Positions 51,011 through 64,000 are shown, counted from the first letter of the stretch. The stretch: DNA of 64,000 nt from Carcharhinus amblyrhynchos (GCA_965287045.1 OZ336877.1:47864001-47928000), one strand, 5' to 3'. The notes: generated by a model from the sequence alone, not told the origin. Made by a program: numbers and translations.

Positions 51011-52094
51011 GTATTTCATTGATGAGAATTGGACACAATTGAGGGGTCAGAGATGTAAAGTCATCTTTTAAACATAATTTACTGGCACTCCAGATGTATC
51101 TTTTGTAGACAGAACAGTAATTATTGGGGTTAGCATTGATGGACTGCTGGCTACCCAGGCTGTATCAAAGACTCTTTCCTGACGTAAAAAAGAGGGATCC
51201 AGTTCAAAATTCTGGACCAGTTGCTGAGCTATCAATTTAATTAATTTTAATTTTAATTTGCTGTCAACCTTTTTTCAATATCTATTCAAACAGAATCAGA
51301 CACATACTACAGTTGTGTCATGTGGTGAATGCCTGATTTAAATAAAAGTTAGGATTTAATCTGCCATCAGTTGCTGATTAGGTGCAATGAATGCTTCAGC
51401 CTCCATGCCAGCCATGCTCTGAGGAACAGAGTATCGGGGCACCATGCAACATATTATCAAATCGAAGTTGTTCTGTTGCCAGAACATAATACAGTTCAAG
51501 TGTGACTTCCTCTGATTTGTACTATACTGTTTTGGTTACACAGTCCAGCATTGTTTGCTTTGTAGATTACTAATCTGCAATGATTGTTAAGAAGTGAGTC
51601 TGCTGATGGCAGTAGACCTCTTCTAATGTTTCCCCCTTAGCTATTTCAAGTTTATTCATGGACTATACATTTCACCATTATTGCCTTCTGATTGTAATAC
51701 TTGAGCCATAAAACGTCAAATTTCAGTGTTCTGTCCATCGGGTTTTATAATTTATATAATGTGACAGATAGCTGCACTTTAAATCTGTACACAGCAGGCT
51801 GCGTTGCGCTGATGCTTAGCAATTATTATTTTTATGCATTTTTACTTGCATTAAATTCTTTTCAGTAAAATTATTGAAAGTGGTCCCAAAATACCTCCAT
51901 TTTCAGGGCTCACAGGAAGATGGGGAGGGTATAACATCTGGGGCAATTGTACCAAGTGTTTGTCCTTTAATCTTTTTCATAAATTCTGTCAGGTTTTGGT
52001 GTTAGGTGCATAATATGTATTTCCCATGTTTGTGCTCTTAGCAGTTCTGGCCAGAAAAGATACCTGTCAACCAGCAGTAAAGAGGTGCTGACAG

Positions 52095-52530
52095 AAGAAG
52101 GCATTGCCCCCTTTGACCTGTTCTGCCATTCAATGAGATCATGGCTGATCTATGACCCAACTCTATATACGCACATTCTCTTACACCTTTGGTTATTGTT
52201 TATCTTGCAGTGTTAAATTAAAATTAATCATTAACCTAGCTTCAATTGCCATTTGTGGAGGCGAGTTCTCAATTTCGATCACTCCTCATGATAAGTGTTT
52301 CCTGATTCCACTCAGGAAAGGTCTGGCACTAATTTTTAGATTATGCCCCCAGTCGCAGTCTCTTTACCCCGCAGAAGTAGCTCTTCTCAAGCTACCCTCT
52401 CTGTATTCCTCAATGTCTTGAAACCTTTGATTAAATCACCCTTAATCTTCCAAACTTTAGGAAGTGCAATCCTAGTTTGTGTAACATCTCCTCATAATCT
52501 AACACTTGGAGTCCAGGCTAACCCTTAGGG
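52095..52530 (-). mobile_element. CR1 3' fragment, decayed
   Basis: GCCATTCAATGAGATCATGGCTGATCT tail; GHNLKI motif on the minus strand. Confidence 0.8.
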
Positions 52531-52910
52531 TTCATTCTATTAAGTGCTGCATTTGAACTTTAAAAGGCGAGACTTTTCCTTTTGCATTAAATATAGAGTG
52601 ATCAGTTGTAGAGGTCCAGCCTATCTAAACCATGGTTAATTTTCAGACTATTGTGCTGCAAGTGATCTCCATGGGGCCATTTCCTGAGGCGGGAGTCCCA
52701 ACTGCATATATTCTCCGCCAATTCGTGAAGATTGCCCTGAAGCAGAGAAAGTAAGATGGAGACAGGGACTGAACAAGCAGGTGTAATCGTTGATGCGATG
52801 CAATTAGTGTGTGAGTGAAGGGAGTTAGCATGCTTTGCGCTTTTGTGTGCTAGTTTTCAGCCTACGCTATTGGCAAGCAGCAATGTGAAAAAGAGAGTCC
52901 GGTGTGTCAG

Positions 52911-53776
52911 TGATTCATTCATTGTGATGGATTGTGTCCACCTGTTGAACAGGGACTTTAAGCTCCAAGCACCTATTGAAGCATATGGACTGTGGTGGGT
53001 CAGGGGTTTCCCAGCTTCAGTGGCCAGTGAGATACGATGGTTGCTCACAATGGAGACAGTCCATTGCATCTGTTCTCTGTGCCAATCGTGTTTGGCTTAT
53101 CACATGTAATTGCTGTCTTTACAGCACAACTGCAGCATGCTCTCGGGGGCACAAGCCTGGGCAAGTGCTCAGTTGTCCCTTTTCTTGGCAAAAACGCAGA
53201 CTGGATCCCTCGCGGCCCCAGGCTAAAACTTCAGAGGAACTTGAAGGATGTTGCTCACCCATTCCCCTTCCTCTCCCAGGCATTCAATATGTAACCCCAC
53301 CAGCAAGCGGACATGCTCTGGCACTAATGAACCAAACTTATAGTTCTAGATATCTCAGAGAATGGAAGGCTGACACAAAATCTGAACCAAAAGTTGGACT
53401 GATTTCTAAACATGTCATCCTTCTGGCAGCTCCTGTAACCAAGCTGGTGCCAAGTATTGTGATTTTTTTTTCTTTTAGACCCAAATGGGGAAGTTGACAG
53501 GGGACATTTAGGCAGCCAAGGGTCTCCATAGATTTCGCCCAGGCTTGTGCCCAGAGAGCAAGCTGTAGTTGTGCTGTAAAGACAGCAATTACACATGATA
53601 AGTCAAAAACGATTGGCCCAGAGAACAGATGCAATGGGCTGTCTCCAGTGTGAGCAATCATCGTATCTCACTGGCCACCGAAACAGGGAAACCCCTGGCC
53701 CACCACAGTCCACAATAGATGCTTGGAGCTTAAAGTCCCTGTTCAACAGGTGGACACAATCCATCACAATGAATCA
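52911..53776. repeat. Long inverted repeat, arms 52911-53162 and 53537-53776
   Basis: Arms are reverse complements over about 245 bp with scattered mismatches; ORFs 52857(-) and 53595(+) share AWSLKSLFNRWTQSITMN. Confidence 0.9.
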
Positions 53777-54204
53777 AAAGAAGTGAAAAGAGGATGCTAG
53801 CGCTTTGATTGACAAGCTGATACAGGATCATGTTCACGGAACTGAGGAATGAATTGCAACTGGTTGACAACATGCGCAAGATGCCCGTAGTTGACATGAT
53901 AGGCTGAATATTGATATAATATCCTTACAAGAGTCCAGGCTTGCTGAGAGAAATCACTGAAAGAAAAACAATCCGAGTTCATCTGGCAAGGGAAGAGTTC
54001 AGAGGAAACGCATAAACAAGATGTAAATGTCACTGTAAGGAACTCTCCATCCACATCCCCCTCTTCAAAAATGGTTCAGAATGTGTTCTCTCCACCTTCC
54101 TCTCAATGCAAACAGGGCCAGTTCACTCCATAAATATGTATGCTCCACCATTGCTATCAGCAGAATCCCCAGGTCACAACATCTTTACCTAATAACAAAA
54201 GAAC

Positions 54205-55831
54205 TAAGAGAATTAAAGCACGAGAACAGGCCCTTCAGCCACCCAGGCCTGCACTGACCATGCTGTCCCACTGAACTAAAACCCCCTACCCTTCTGGGGA
54301 CCATATTCCTCTATTCCCATCCTATTCATGTATTTGTTAAGATGGCCCTTAAAAGTCACTACTGTATCTGCTTCCACTATCTCCTCCCGGCAGCGAATTC
54401 CAGGCACCCACCACCCTCTGTGTAAAACATCTGCCTCGTACATCTCCTTTGCCCCTTGCACCTTAAATCTCTGCCCCCTAGTAATTGACTCTTCCACCCT
54501 GGAAAAAAGTTTCTGACTATCCACTCTCGTCCATGCCTCTTATACTCTTGTAGACTTCTATCAGGTCACCCCTCAACCTCCGTCGTTCCAGTGAGAACAA
54601 ACCAAGTTTCTCCAACCTCTCCTCATAGCTAATGTCCCCCATACCAGGCAGCATCCTGTTAACTCTTTTCTATACCCTCGCCAAAGCCTCCAGGTCCTTC
54701 TGGTAGTGTGGCGAACAGAATTGAACACTATGTCCCAAGTGCGGCCTAACTAATGTTCTATACAGCCAATGACTTGTGAATTTTTAAACTCAGTGTCCCG
54801 GCTGATAAAGGCAAGTATGCCATATGCCTTCTTGACTAGCTTCTCCACTTGCATTGCTGCTTTCAGTGACCTGTGGACCTGTACACTCAGATCCCTTTTC
54901 CTATCAATACTCTCAAGGGTTCTGCCATTTACTGTATATTTCCTATCTGTATTAGACCTTCCAAAATGCATTCCCTCACATCTGTCTGGATTAAACTCCA
55001 TCTGCCACCTCTCTGCCCAAGTCTCTATAGCCTGCTGTATCCTCTGATGGTCCTCATCGCTATCCACAAATCCACCAACCTTTGTGTCATCTGTAAACAT
55101 ACTACTCAAACCACTTACATTTTCCTCCAAAGCATTTACAGATTTTACAAACAACAAAGGTCCCGGCACTAATCCCTGAGGAACACCACTTGTCACAGCC
55201 CTCCATTCAGAAATGCACCCCTCCACTGCTACCCTCTGTCTTCTTTGACCGAGCCAGTTCTGTATCCACCTTGCCAGCTCACCTCTGATCCCATGTGACT
55301 TCACCTTCTGCACCAGTCTACAATGAAGGACCTTGTCAAAGGCCTTACTGAAGTCCGTGGAGACAATATCCACTGCCTACCCTTAGTCATCTTCGTCACT
55401 CCTTCGAAAAACTCAGTGAAGTTCATGAGACACGACCTCCCCCTCACAAAACTATGTTGCCTCTCACTAATACACCCACTTATTTCCAAGTGGGAATAAA
55501 TCCTGTCATGAAGAATTCTCTCCCATAATTTCCCTACCACTGATGTAAGGCTTACTGACCTGTAATTACCTGGATTATTCTTGCCACCCTTCTTAAACAA
55601 AGGAACAACAATAGCTATTCTCCAATCCTCAGGGACATCAGCTGTAGCCAGTGAGGATACAAAGATTTCTTTCAAGGCCCCAGCAATTTCCTCTCTTGCC
55701 TCTCTCAGTATTCTGGGATATATCCCATATACTCTGGGTACTTGTCTACCTTAATGTTTCTCAAGAACCCCAATGCCTCCTGCTTTTTGATCTTAACATG
55801 ATTCAAACTATCTACACATCCTTTCCCAGAC
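54205..55831 (-). mobile_element. CR1 LINE, 5'-truncated, inserted in the RTE
   Basis: ORFs 55301-55675, 54750-55373 (DFSKAFD, GVPQG) and 54276-54524. Confidence 0.92.
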
Positions 55832-56112
55832 TCTTCCTACTGGGAGATTTCAATGGAAATGTGGGTGTGGATTATGAGGCATGGCTGTCCACTCTTGAAC
55901 ATCGTGGTCTGGGAAAGATGAATGAAGACGGGCAGAGATTATTTAAGTTTTTCCATGACCAAGAGTTTTTTGTATGTGACATCTTTTTTAAAAAAGAAAA
56001 TGCCACAAAGTGTCCTTGAAACATTCAAGATCAGGAACATTGGCACCAGTTGGATTTGACCATCACCAGACATGACTCTCTGAACAGCATTCTTGACGCA
56101 CGCAGCAACCCT

Positions 56113-56282
56113 CCTTTATTCATTCATGGGATATAGGCGTCACCGACTGGACCATCATTTATTGCTCATCCCTAATTGCCCTTGAGAAGGTGATGGTGGG
56201 CTGCTTTCTTGAACCACTGCAGTCTATGTGGTGGAGGTATACCCACAGTGCTGTTAGGAAGAAAATTCCAGGATTTTGACCC
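56113..56282 (-). mobile_element. LINE family C 3' end
   Basis: Homologous to 47015-47185. Confidence 0.8.
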
Positions 56283-56293
56283 ACAGCGCTGAC

Positions 56294-57164
56294 TATTATG
56301 ATCCCAGCTGCTGTTATTATGGACAAGCCAGTGTAAAACCTTGCATGATAGGTTCTAAATTTTGTTTAGAAACCATGGAGGAAAGTTACTGAACAAATTC
56401 ACAGGAGACTGGTGATGAACATTTAATACAAAAAAAAAATTTATTAAAACAAAAAAATGAACTATATTGCACCAGACAAAAAAGTTTGGGAAGATCTCAA
56501 TACAATCACAAGAAGATGATTCAAATTTGCACTATTCCTTTACCCCAGCAATATCTTTACAGACACCAAACCAGTGAGGAGTTACTACTTGCTCGCACTT
56601 TAGACACAGTTAGTAATAGTTTTCATCCAGTGAATTCCTAAACATTCACTTGATGCTTCTCACCCCCATTGTACCTTTCCCCGAGACACAAAACCATAAT
56701 CTAAACTCATTGTTTCTTCAACTGTAGAGCAAACAAATGAATGCCCTAAACTCGGCCTTCCAGTAACACCTTTGCTAAACTGATCACTTCACTGAGTCCC
56801 ATAACTGATTATCTTTTTTTCAGAGAGCTTAAAAATCCCCATCTTCTCTCTCTGACCCACAGAATGAACTCTCCCTTTCTCCACTCCTGTCTTTTTCTGT
56901 GTGTGTGTCATTGGATCACAGTCGCTAGGTAACAGTAAGGCTTTTCTTTTTATCCCTTTCTTTCATACTGAACGTCCAATCCCTTTTAACCATGTCTTTA
57001 ACTTCAGCAGTTGTAAAACCTCATTAAAAATGTACATTAACAAATACCCAAAATCAAGGTTCACAAACAAAACCTAAATGAAAATGAAACCACATTTACC
57101 TTTCTTATGTACATAATATATACATAAAAATTCAACTCAAAATTACACATCGTCCACAACAACA
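56294..57164 (-). mobile_element. Probable solo LTR, about 870 bp
   Basis: TATTATG...ACAACA ends, flanked by CTGAC / GTGAC. It splits the RTE motif HSAD-DTNH. TTTATT near 56440. Confidence 0.55.
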
Positions 57165-57542
57165 GTGACACTAATCACTCCCTGCTATGGACCAGGACTA
57201 GGATTTTCATTCAAAGCAGAGATGTTACCCTCATATCAATTACAAAAATACTGCATGCCCAGATAAAAACAATAGTTGCCTTGACTATTCAACAGCTGCC
57301 CTCTGACATTTCCATGCTGAGTACAGAAGCGGAATGGAACATTCTTCAAGACATCATGTGTAACACCACAATTTCAACATATGAAAAGCAAATGCAGGAA
57401 AATGCTGACTGCTTCACGGATAACGTGATTGAAAAGGAACATGTCAGTGAGACCAAGCTGTTTGCAGTCATTAATTACAAATGAGATCCAAGCAAGAACT
57501 TGCTGAATGGACGAAGCCATTTGGAGTAAAGTCCAGCAGATT

Positions 57543-57846
57543 GGGTGGCACAGTGGTTAGCACTGCTGCCTCACAGCGCCAGGGTTCAATTCCAGCCTCA
57601 GGTCACTGGGTGGAGTTTGCACATTTCTCCCCATGTTTGCAGGGGTTTCCTCCGGGTGCTCCGGTTTCCCCCACAGTCCAAAAACGTGCGGGTTAGGTTG
57701 ATTGGTCATGCTAAATTAACCCTCGTGTCAGGGGGATTAGCAGAGTAAATATGTGCGGTTATAGGAATAGAGCCTGGGTGGGATTGTTATTAGTGCAGAC
57801 TCGATGGGTGGAATGGCCTCCTTTTGAACTGTGGGGATTCTATGAT
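57543..57846 (+). mobile_element. HE1-type V-SINE
   Basis: GGTGGCACAGTGGTTAGCACTGCTGCCTCACAGCGCCAGGG head, V domain, GGGATTCTATGA tail. Confidence 0.9.
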
Positions 57847-57924
57847 AAGGTTGCTGGCACAACCTTGCTAGAATATCCAGATGTCTTTCAACACAGAATG
57901 CAAAGGGTATGTGTGACTAGATGT

Positions 57925-58603
57925 GTGATTAAGAAGGTGAATGGAATGTTGGCCTTTATCGCGAGGGGGATAGCATATAAAAGCAGGGAGGTCTTGCTGC
58001 AATTGTACAAGGCACTGGTGAGGCCACAACTGGAGTACTGTGTGTAATTTTGGTCCCATTATTTGCGAAAGGATATATTGGCCTTGGAGGGAGTACAGAG
58101 AAGGTTCACCAGGTTGATACCGGAGATGAGGGGGTTAGCTTATGAGGAGAGATTGAGTATAGATTGGGCCTGTACTCATTGGAGTTTGGAAGGCTGAGGG
58201 GGGATCTTGTAGAGACATATAAGATAATGAAGGGGCTAGATAGGCGAGAGGTAGAGAGATTCTTTCCACTTAGAAAGGAAACCAGAACTAGAGGGCACAG
58301 CCTCAAAATAAGCTGGGGGGGGGGGGGGTTGCAGTTTAGAAAAGTGTTGAGGAGAAACTTCTTCTCTCAGACGGTAGTGACTCTCTGGAATTCTCTGCCC
58401 ATTGAAGTGGTGGAGGCTACCTCGTTGAATATGATTAAGTCACGGGTAGATAGATTTCTGATCAATAAGGGAATTAAGGGTTATGAGGAGCAGGCGGCTA
58501 AGTGGAACTGATCCACTTCAGATCAGCCATGATCTTATTGAATGGCGGGTCAGGCTCGAGGGGCTAGATGGCCTACTCCTGCTCCTATTTCTTATGTGCT
58601 CAT
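57925..58603 (+). mobile_element. CR1 family A-related 3' fragment
   Basis: ORF 58164-58511 and family A tail. Confidence 0.9.
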
Positions 58604-58749
58604 AGATCAAAAATGCAACAGAGCCGTCAGAAACAAGACAGCTCTGCTGAAAACAAAGGCAATGTTGATTATCATTGACTGCAGTAAGAGAGATAGGTGG
58701 AGCACCACCTTAAGTTACACTCTAAGGAGAACACTAACTTAGAATGACT

Positions 58750-59080
58750 TAGAATCTCTGCAGTACAGAAAGAGGCCATTTGGCCCATCGAGTCCGCACC
58801 GACCACAATCCCACCCAGGCCCTACCCCTACATCCCTACATATTTACCCACTAATCCCTCTAACCTATGCATCTCAGGACACTAAGGGCAATTTTAGCAT
58901 GGCCAATCAACCTAACCCGCACATCTTTGGATTGTGGGAGGAAACCAGAGTGCCCGGAGACCCACACAGACACGAGGAGAATGTGCAAACTCCACACAGA
59001 CAGTGACCCACGCCGGGAATCGAACCCAGGTCCCTGGAGCTGTGAAGCAGCAGTGCTAACCACTGTGCTACCGTTCCGCC
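58750..59080 (-). mobile_element. HE1-type V-SINE, full length
   Basis: A box and B box (GGTTCGATTCC), V domain, CR1-like tail. Confidence 0.92.
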
Positions 59081-60801
59081 TACCAGCCTAATGGCAAGGA
59101 AGTTCTAGATACTAGAGAAAACCTGTCTGTCATGGCAGAGAGGGATATTGAACCAACAGTGTTAGCAAATCTATTGACTCGCTTGTCATGGGCAAAGCTC
59201 CAGTTCTGATGCTATACTACCTGAGCTCGTCAAACATGGGAAACCAGCACTCCAGCATCCGCATAAATTTCTTTATGATGGAGTGAGGAAGCAGTGCCCC
59301 AGGATCTGCGCAAGCAAAGATTGTGCCCCTCTAGAAGGGTGACTACAGCAATTGCTACAATTATCAAAGCAGCTCCCTGCTGAGCATTGTGGAGAAGTAT
59401 TTGCCTGTGTTGTCCTTGTCAAAGAGTCCAAATCTGTCCCAAATCCCAGTGTGGTTCCAGAACTAGATGCTGCTCAGAGTGATCTGCTCTTTCCATGACA
59501 ACACGATAGGTAAGGTCAGCTAAGATTAGTTTGGTAGACCCTTCATTAGCACGTATAATGTGAGTAATGGCAGTTTTAGGCAGCTGTTTCAAGCATTTAA
59601 AAAACTACTTGAACCACTGAGTGGTCAGATGGCTTTGTACTGCAGGATGTTGTTCCTTGAAATTGGCCCTTGTTTCCAGTTTTCTCCTATAGGCAGGTAC
59701 TTCATAGCCCATTTCCATCTCCACAACTCTTTCATATGGCACAATGGTTCCCAACCTTTTATAAGTTCAGCACACCTCTGTGCTATTTCCTCTGAATTGC
59801 CCTCTAGCAAAATGCTTTCTTGGGACAATTTTTCAGCCTGCGTTTGCTGTCAGAACAATGACGAAGGTGGAAAATATGGAGAGAATTGGGAAATGTGAGT
59901 TTCTACGTTCTACTGTGCCTAAGGTCTGATTTCCCACCATAATAATGCTGAGCACTGAAAACTGCAGTTTTGGCTATCGCAAAACCTGGGCCATTGACTT
60001 GGAAAAATGTCAACAAAAATGTACAATATAAATGTAATCTGTATAAAGGGAGTCTTGATTTCTTTAAAAACACAATTCATAAATAATTTACACAGTTCGT
60101 ATAAGATTTATCATTTTGAAACAGTCATCAACATGGATGTTGACTATTTCTCTCCACAGATGCTGGCTGATTATCTTGAGTTTTTCCAGCTTTTTTTCTT
60201 CTTGTATCGGATTTCTTCTGTCAGCAATATTTTACTTTTGAGCTAATATTTTGAGTACTGTTACCTCAGGTAGAAAAATGAAGTATGAGAAAAAAGTGGT
60301 AACACAATTAATAAAGGAAGAAGAGAAAGCTGAGGTGCAGGACAGAAGTTTCAGCATAATGCTAATCTCATACCTAGGCATTAGCTAAACGTACCTATAG
60401 ATACAAGTTATTGGCATGGATTCAGTATTGTGATTTTTGGAACAGCATATGCCTTTTTTTTAACCTCTGTCTCTCTCGCTTCTCTCAGGGTTATTGTGCC
60501 CTTTTTGAGTTTTCACTTTTTATGTGGGTGCATGGTATCTTTGTCTTCAGTCCCATATCCTGTTGGTCATGTGCATGGGTCTGACCAACGTAAAAAATCT
60601 AAACCATGCACATGCAGCTCTTTCCCAGTCTGAAGTTCATCAGATCTTGGAGATGCTGACCACAGAGCTGAAGACAAAGATTAGTTTTCATTTAATGACA
60701 TGAATTTTTAATCATTTTGAATCTTTTCTCGTGGCTCACTTTGTGAGGTCTTCGTTGCACACCAATTAAGAACCACTGGCATAGCAGGTTTGAGATAATC
60801 A

Positions 60802-62847
60802 GCTGTGGATAACGAAGGAGGTAAAGGAGAGTATTAAATTAAAAGCGGATGCGTTCAGAGTAGCTAAGAGTAGTGGGCAAGAAGAGGATTGGGAGAGGTT
60901 TAAATGTCAACAAAGAATGACGAAGAAGTTGATAAAGAAGGGTAGGATAAACTATGAAGCTGGGCTAGCGCTAAATATAAAAAAGGATAGTAAGAGTTTT
61001 TATAAATATATAAAAAGGAAGAGGCTGACTAGGGTGAACGTTGGACCCTTAGCGGATGAGAGGGGGGCTTAGTGGTAGGGGATGGGGAAATGGCTGAGGC
61101 CTTGAATAACTTTTTTGTTTCGGTCTTCATGGAGGAGGACGTGAATAGTTTGCCGGATGTTAGCGATGGAAAGGTGGTAGGACTGGAGGGCCTGAATGAC
61201 ATTATTGTTACTAGAGAGGCAGTGCTTGACAGACTGGAGGGACTGATTGTGGACAAGTCCCCAGGACCGGATGGAATGCATCCAAGGGTTCTGAAAGAAA
61301 TGGCAGAGGTGATAGTGGATGCCTTGATGATTGTTTTCCAAACCTCGCTGGATTCCGGGTAAGTGCCGGAAGATTGGAAAACGGCTAATGTTACGCCGTT
61401 GTTTAAGAAGGGTGGCAGGCAAAAGGGGGGGAATTATAGGCCAGTTAGTTTAACGTCTGTTGTAGGTAAAATGTTAGAATCCGTGATCAAGGAGAAAATA
61501 GCGAGGCACCTTGAGGAGAATTGTTTGATAGAGCAGACGCAGCACGGTTTCATTAAGGGGAAGTCGTGTCTGACGAATTTATTGGAGTTCTATGAGGATG
61601 TGTCTAGGGTGGTGGATAGAGGAGAGCCGGTAGATGTGGTGTTTCTTGATTTTCAGAAGGTGTTTGATAAGGTGCCGCACAAGAGACTATTACAGAAGGT
61701 TAGGGGGCATGGAGTTGGGGGTAGGGTGTTAGCGTGGATAGGGGATTGGCTGTCAAATCGGAGGCAGAGAGTGGGGGTCAATGGGTGCTATTTGGATTGG
61801 CGGTTGGTGACTAGTGGAGTGCCCCAGGGGTCGGTGCTGGGGCCTCAGCTATTTACCATTTATATAGATGATCTGGAGGAGGGAACCGAGTGTATGGTGT
61901 CGAAATTTGCTGATGACACCAAGATTGGTGGAACGGCAAATTGTGCGGAGGGTGTGGAAAGTGTGCAGAAGGATCTAGACAGGCTGGGCGAATGGGCCAG
62001 GGACTGGCAAATGGAATTTAATGTTGGCGAGTGTGAAGTTGTCCACTTTGGTAGGAATAATGGTAGGACGGACTATTACTTACATGGCGAAAAACTGCAG
62101 CATGCAACGGTGCAGAGGGACCTCGGGGTCCTTGTGCATGAGTCACAAAAACCCAGCCTGCAGGTGCAGCAGGTGGTCAGGAAGGCAAATGGGATGCTGG
62201 CCTTTATAGCGAGGGGGATTGAATATAAAAGTAAGGAGGTCTTGCTGCAAATGTACAGGGCACTGGTGAGGCCGCAGCTGGAGTACTGTGTGCAGTTTTG
62301 GTCGCCGCACTTACGCAAAGATATTTTGGCCTTGGAGGGAGTGCAGAGGAGGTTTACTAGGCTGATACCGGAGTTGAGGGGGTTGAATTATGAGGAGAGG
62401 CTGAATAAACTAGGCTTGTACTCGTTAGAGTTTAGAAGAATGAGGGGAGATCTCATTGAGACATAGAAGATGATGAATGGGATGGATAGGATAGAGGTGG
62501 AGAGGCTCTTCCCACTCAGAAAGGACAGTAGGACTAGAGGGCACAGCCTCAAGGTAAGGGGGAGGGCAGTTTAGAATGGAGTTGAGGAGGAACTTCTTCA
62601 CTCAAAGGGTGGTGAATCTCTGAAATTCTCTGCCCGTTGAAGTGGTGGAGGCTGCCTCGCTAAATATTTTTAAGACGCGGGTTGATAGGTTTTTGATAGG
62701 CAAGAGGATTAAGGGTTATGGGGAGAGGGCGGGAAAGTGGAACTGAGCCACGACAGATCAGCCATGATCTTATTGAATGGCGGGGCAGGCTCGAAGGGCT
62801 AGATGGCCTACTCCTGCTCCCATTTCTTATGTTCTTATGTTCTTATT
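60802..62847 (+). mobile_element. CR1 family A, 2-kb 5'-truncated copy with stops
   Basis: ORFs 61072-61362 and 61363-62466 are highly similar to 60-2648; TAA at 61360, TAG at 62464; family A tail. Confidence 0.95.
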
Positions 62848-63039
62848 TATTTGACTACCATCCATTTCTATCAAATTCCCACATTTTTCAAAATGCTGCA
62901 AATTCATTTCCATACCAGTATTAAGTGTGATGACCAGAAAGAATCATTAGAAACTTAGCTCAAATAAAATATTTTAAAAATCCCTGTATTAGTAAACTTA
63001 TTGAGGGCACAGCCCATCTTCTTTTGGAGCTTAATATTT

Positions 63040-64000
63040 AGAGCATAGAATATAAAACATAGAAAAACTACAGCACAAACAGGCCCTTTGGCCCACAAGT
63101 TGTGTCGATCACATCTCTACCTACTAGACTTACCTATAACCCTCAATCCTATTAAGTCCCATGTACTCATCCAGAAGTCTCTTAAAAGACCCTATCGAAT
63201 TTGCCTCCACCACACTGACAGCAGCCGATTCCACTCACCCACCACCCTCTGAGTGAAAAACTTACCCCTGACATCTCCTCTGTACCTACTCCCCAGAAAC
63301 TTAAACCTGTGTCCTCTCGTAGCAACCGTTTCAGCCCTGGGAAAAAGCCTCTGAGAATCCACCCGATCTATACCCCTCAACATCTTATACACCTCTATCA
63401 GGTCACCTCTCATCCTTCATCTCTCCAAGGAGAAAAGACCAAGTTCCCTCAATCTATCCTCATATGGCATGCCACCCAATCCAGGCAACATCCTTGTAAA
63501 TCTCCTCTGCACCCTTTCAATGGCTTCCACATCCCTCCTGTAATGAGGTGACCAGAACTGAGCACAGTACTCCAAGTGGGGTCTGACTAGGGTCTTATAA
63601 AGCTGCAGTATTATCTCCCAACTCCTAAACTCAATCCCTCTATTGATGAAGGCCTGTACACCGTATGCCTTTTTAACCGCATCCTCTACCTGCGAGGCCG
63701 ATTTAAGCGTCCTGTGGACCCCAGACTCCAAGGTCCTTCTGATCCTCTACACTGCTAAGAGTCTTACCCTTGATATTATACTCCTTCATCCCATTTGACC
63801 TGCCAAAACGGACCACTACACATTTATCAGGGTTGAAGTCCATCTGCCACTTCTCCGCCCAGTCTTGCATCCTATCTATGTCACGCTGCAACTTCTGACA
63901 TCCCACCAAACTATTCACAACACCACCAACCTTTGTGTCGTCAGCAAACTTACCAACCCATCCCTCCACTTCCTCATCCAGGTCATTTATGAAAATTACA
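63040..64000 (-). mobile_element. CR1 family B, continues past the window end
   Basis: ORFs 63703 (FADD), 63417 and 63192; tail at 63040-63110. Confidence 0.93.

Larger units (their letters stand above)
53537..59460 (+). mobile_element. Fragmented RTE LINE (putative 5' UTR, endonuclease, start of RT) with six nested insertions
   Basis: In order: RLNIDII..ESR (~53900), FIWQGKS, INMYAPP (~54140), LLGDFN..GLGKMNEDGQRL (55835-55940), WHQLD, HSAD / DTNHSL, and VPQDL..NY..SLLSIV (~59300-59400). Confidence 0.75.

Noticed and set aside
52976-53497. 173-aa Cys-rich ORF and its mirrored minus-strand ORFs
   Set aside because: By-products of the inverted repeat; frames are not preserved between the arms.
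58990-59080. tRNA genes at the SINE heads
   Set aside because: The A and B boxes run into SINE bodies and tails; these are not standalone tRNA genes.
60615-60645. Minus-strand CTGATGA...GAAA as another hammerhead
   Set aside because: Stem II cannot close next to the core, and no stems I or III are apparent.
1-64000. Prokaryote-type RT systems (retron, DGR, CRISPR) suggested by the many RT ORFs
   Set aside because: All RT pieces are vertebrate non-LTR retrotransposons with APE endonuclease motifs or microsatellite tails. No spacer arrays or operon structure are present.

Overview
Eukaryotic (vertebrate) DNA, most likely a shark or other elasmobranch, judged from HE1-type V-SINEs, a SacSINE1-like Deu-SINE and abundant CR1 LINEs. 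Most of the window is intron of an L3MBTL4-like gene on the + strand. Three phase-compatible coding exons are visible (8250-8423, 12876-13073, 19657-19730); the ORF track misses all three. The middle exon encodes an L3MBTL1-type CCHHC zinc finger that, from my recollection, is absent from human L3MBTL4. I found no downstream SAM-domain exon, so the next intron probably runs past the window end. The rest is layered retroelement debris: several CR1 families (one copy almost intact), RTE, L2, Rex1/Babar, solo LTRs, Penelope-type palindromes (one with a complete minimal hammerhead core), three SINE types and GGG...CCC TIR MITEs. Nearly all long ORFs in the track are LINE fragments or spurious. Repeat boundaries were read by eye and are approximate. 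Family and orthologue names come from motif recall, not from database searches.
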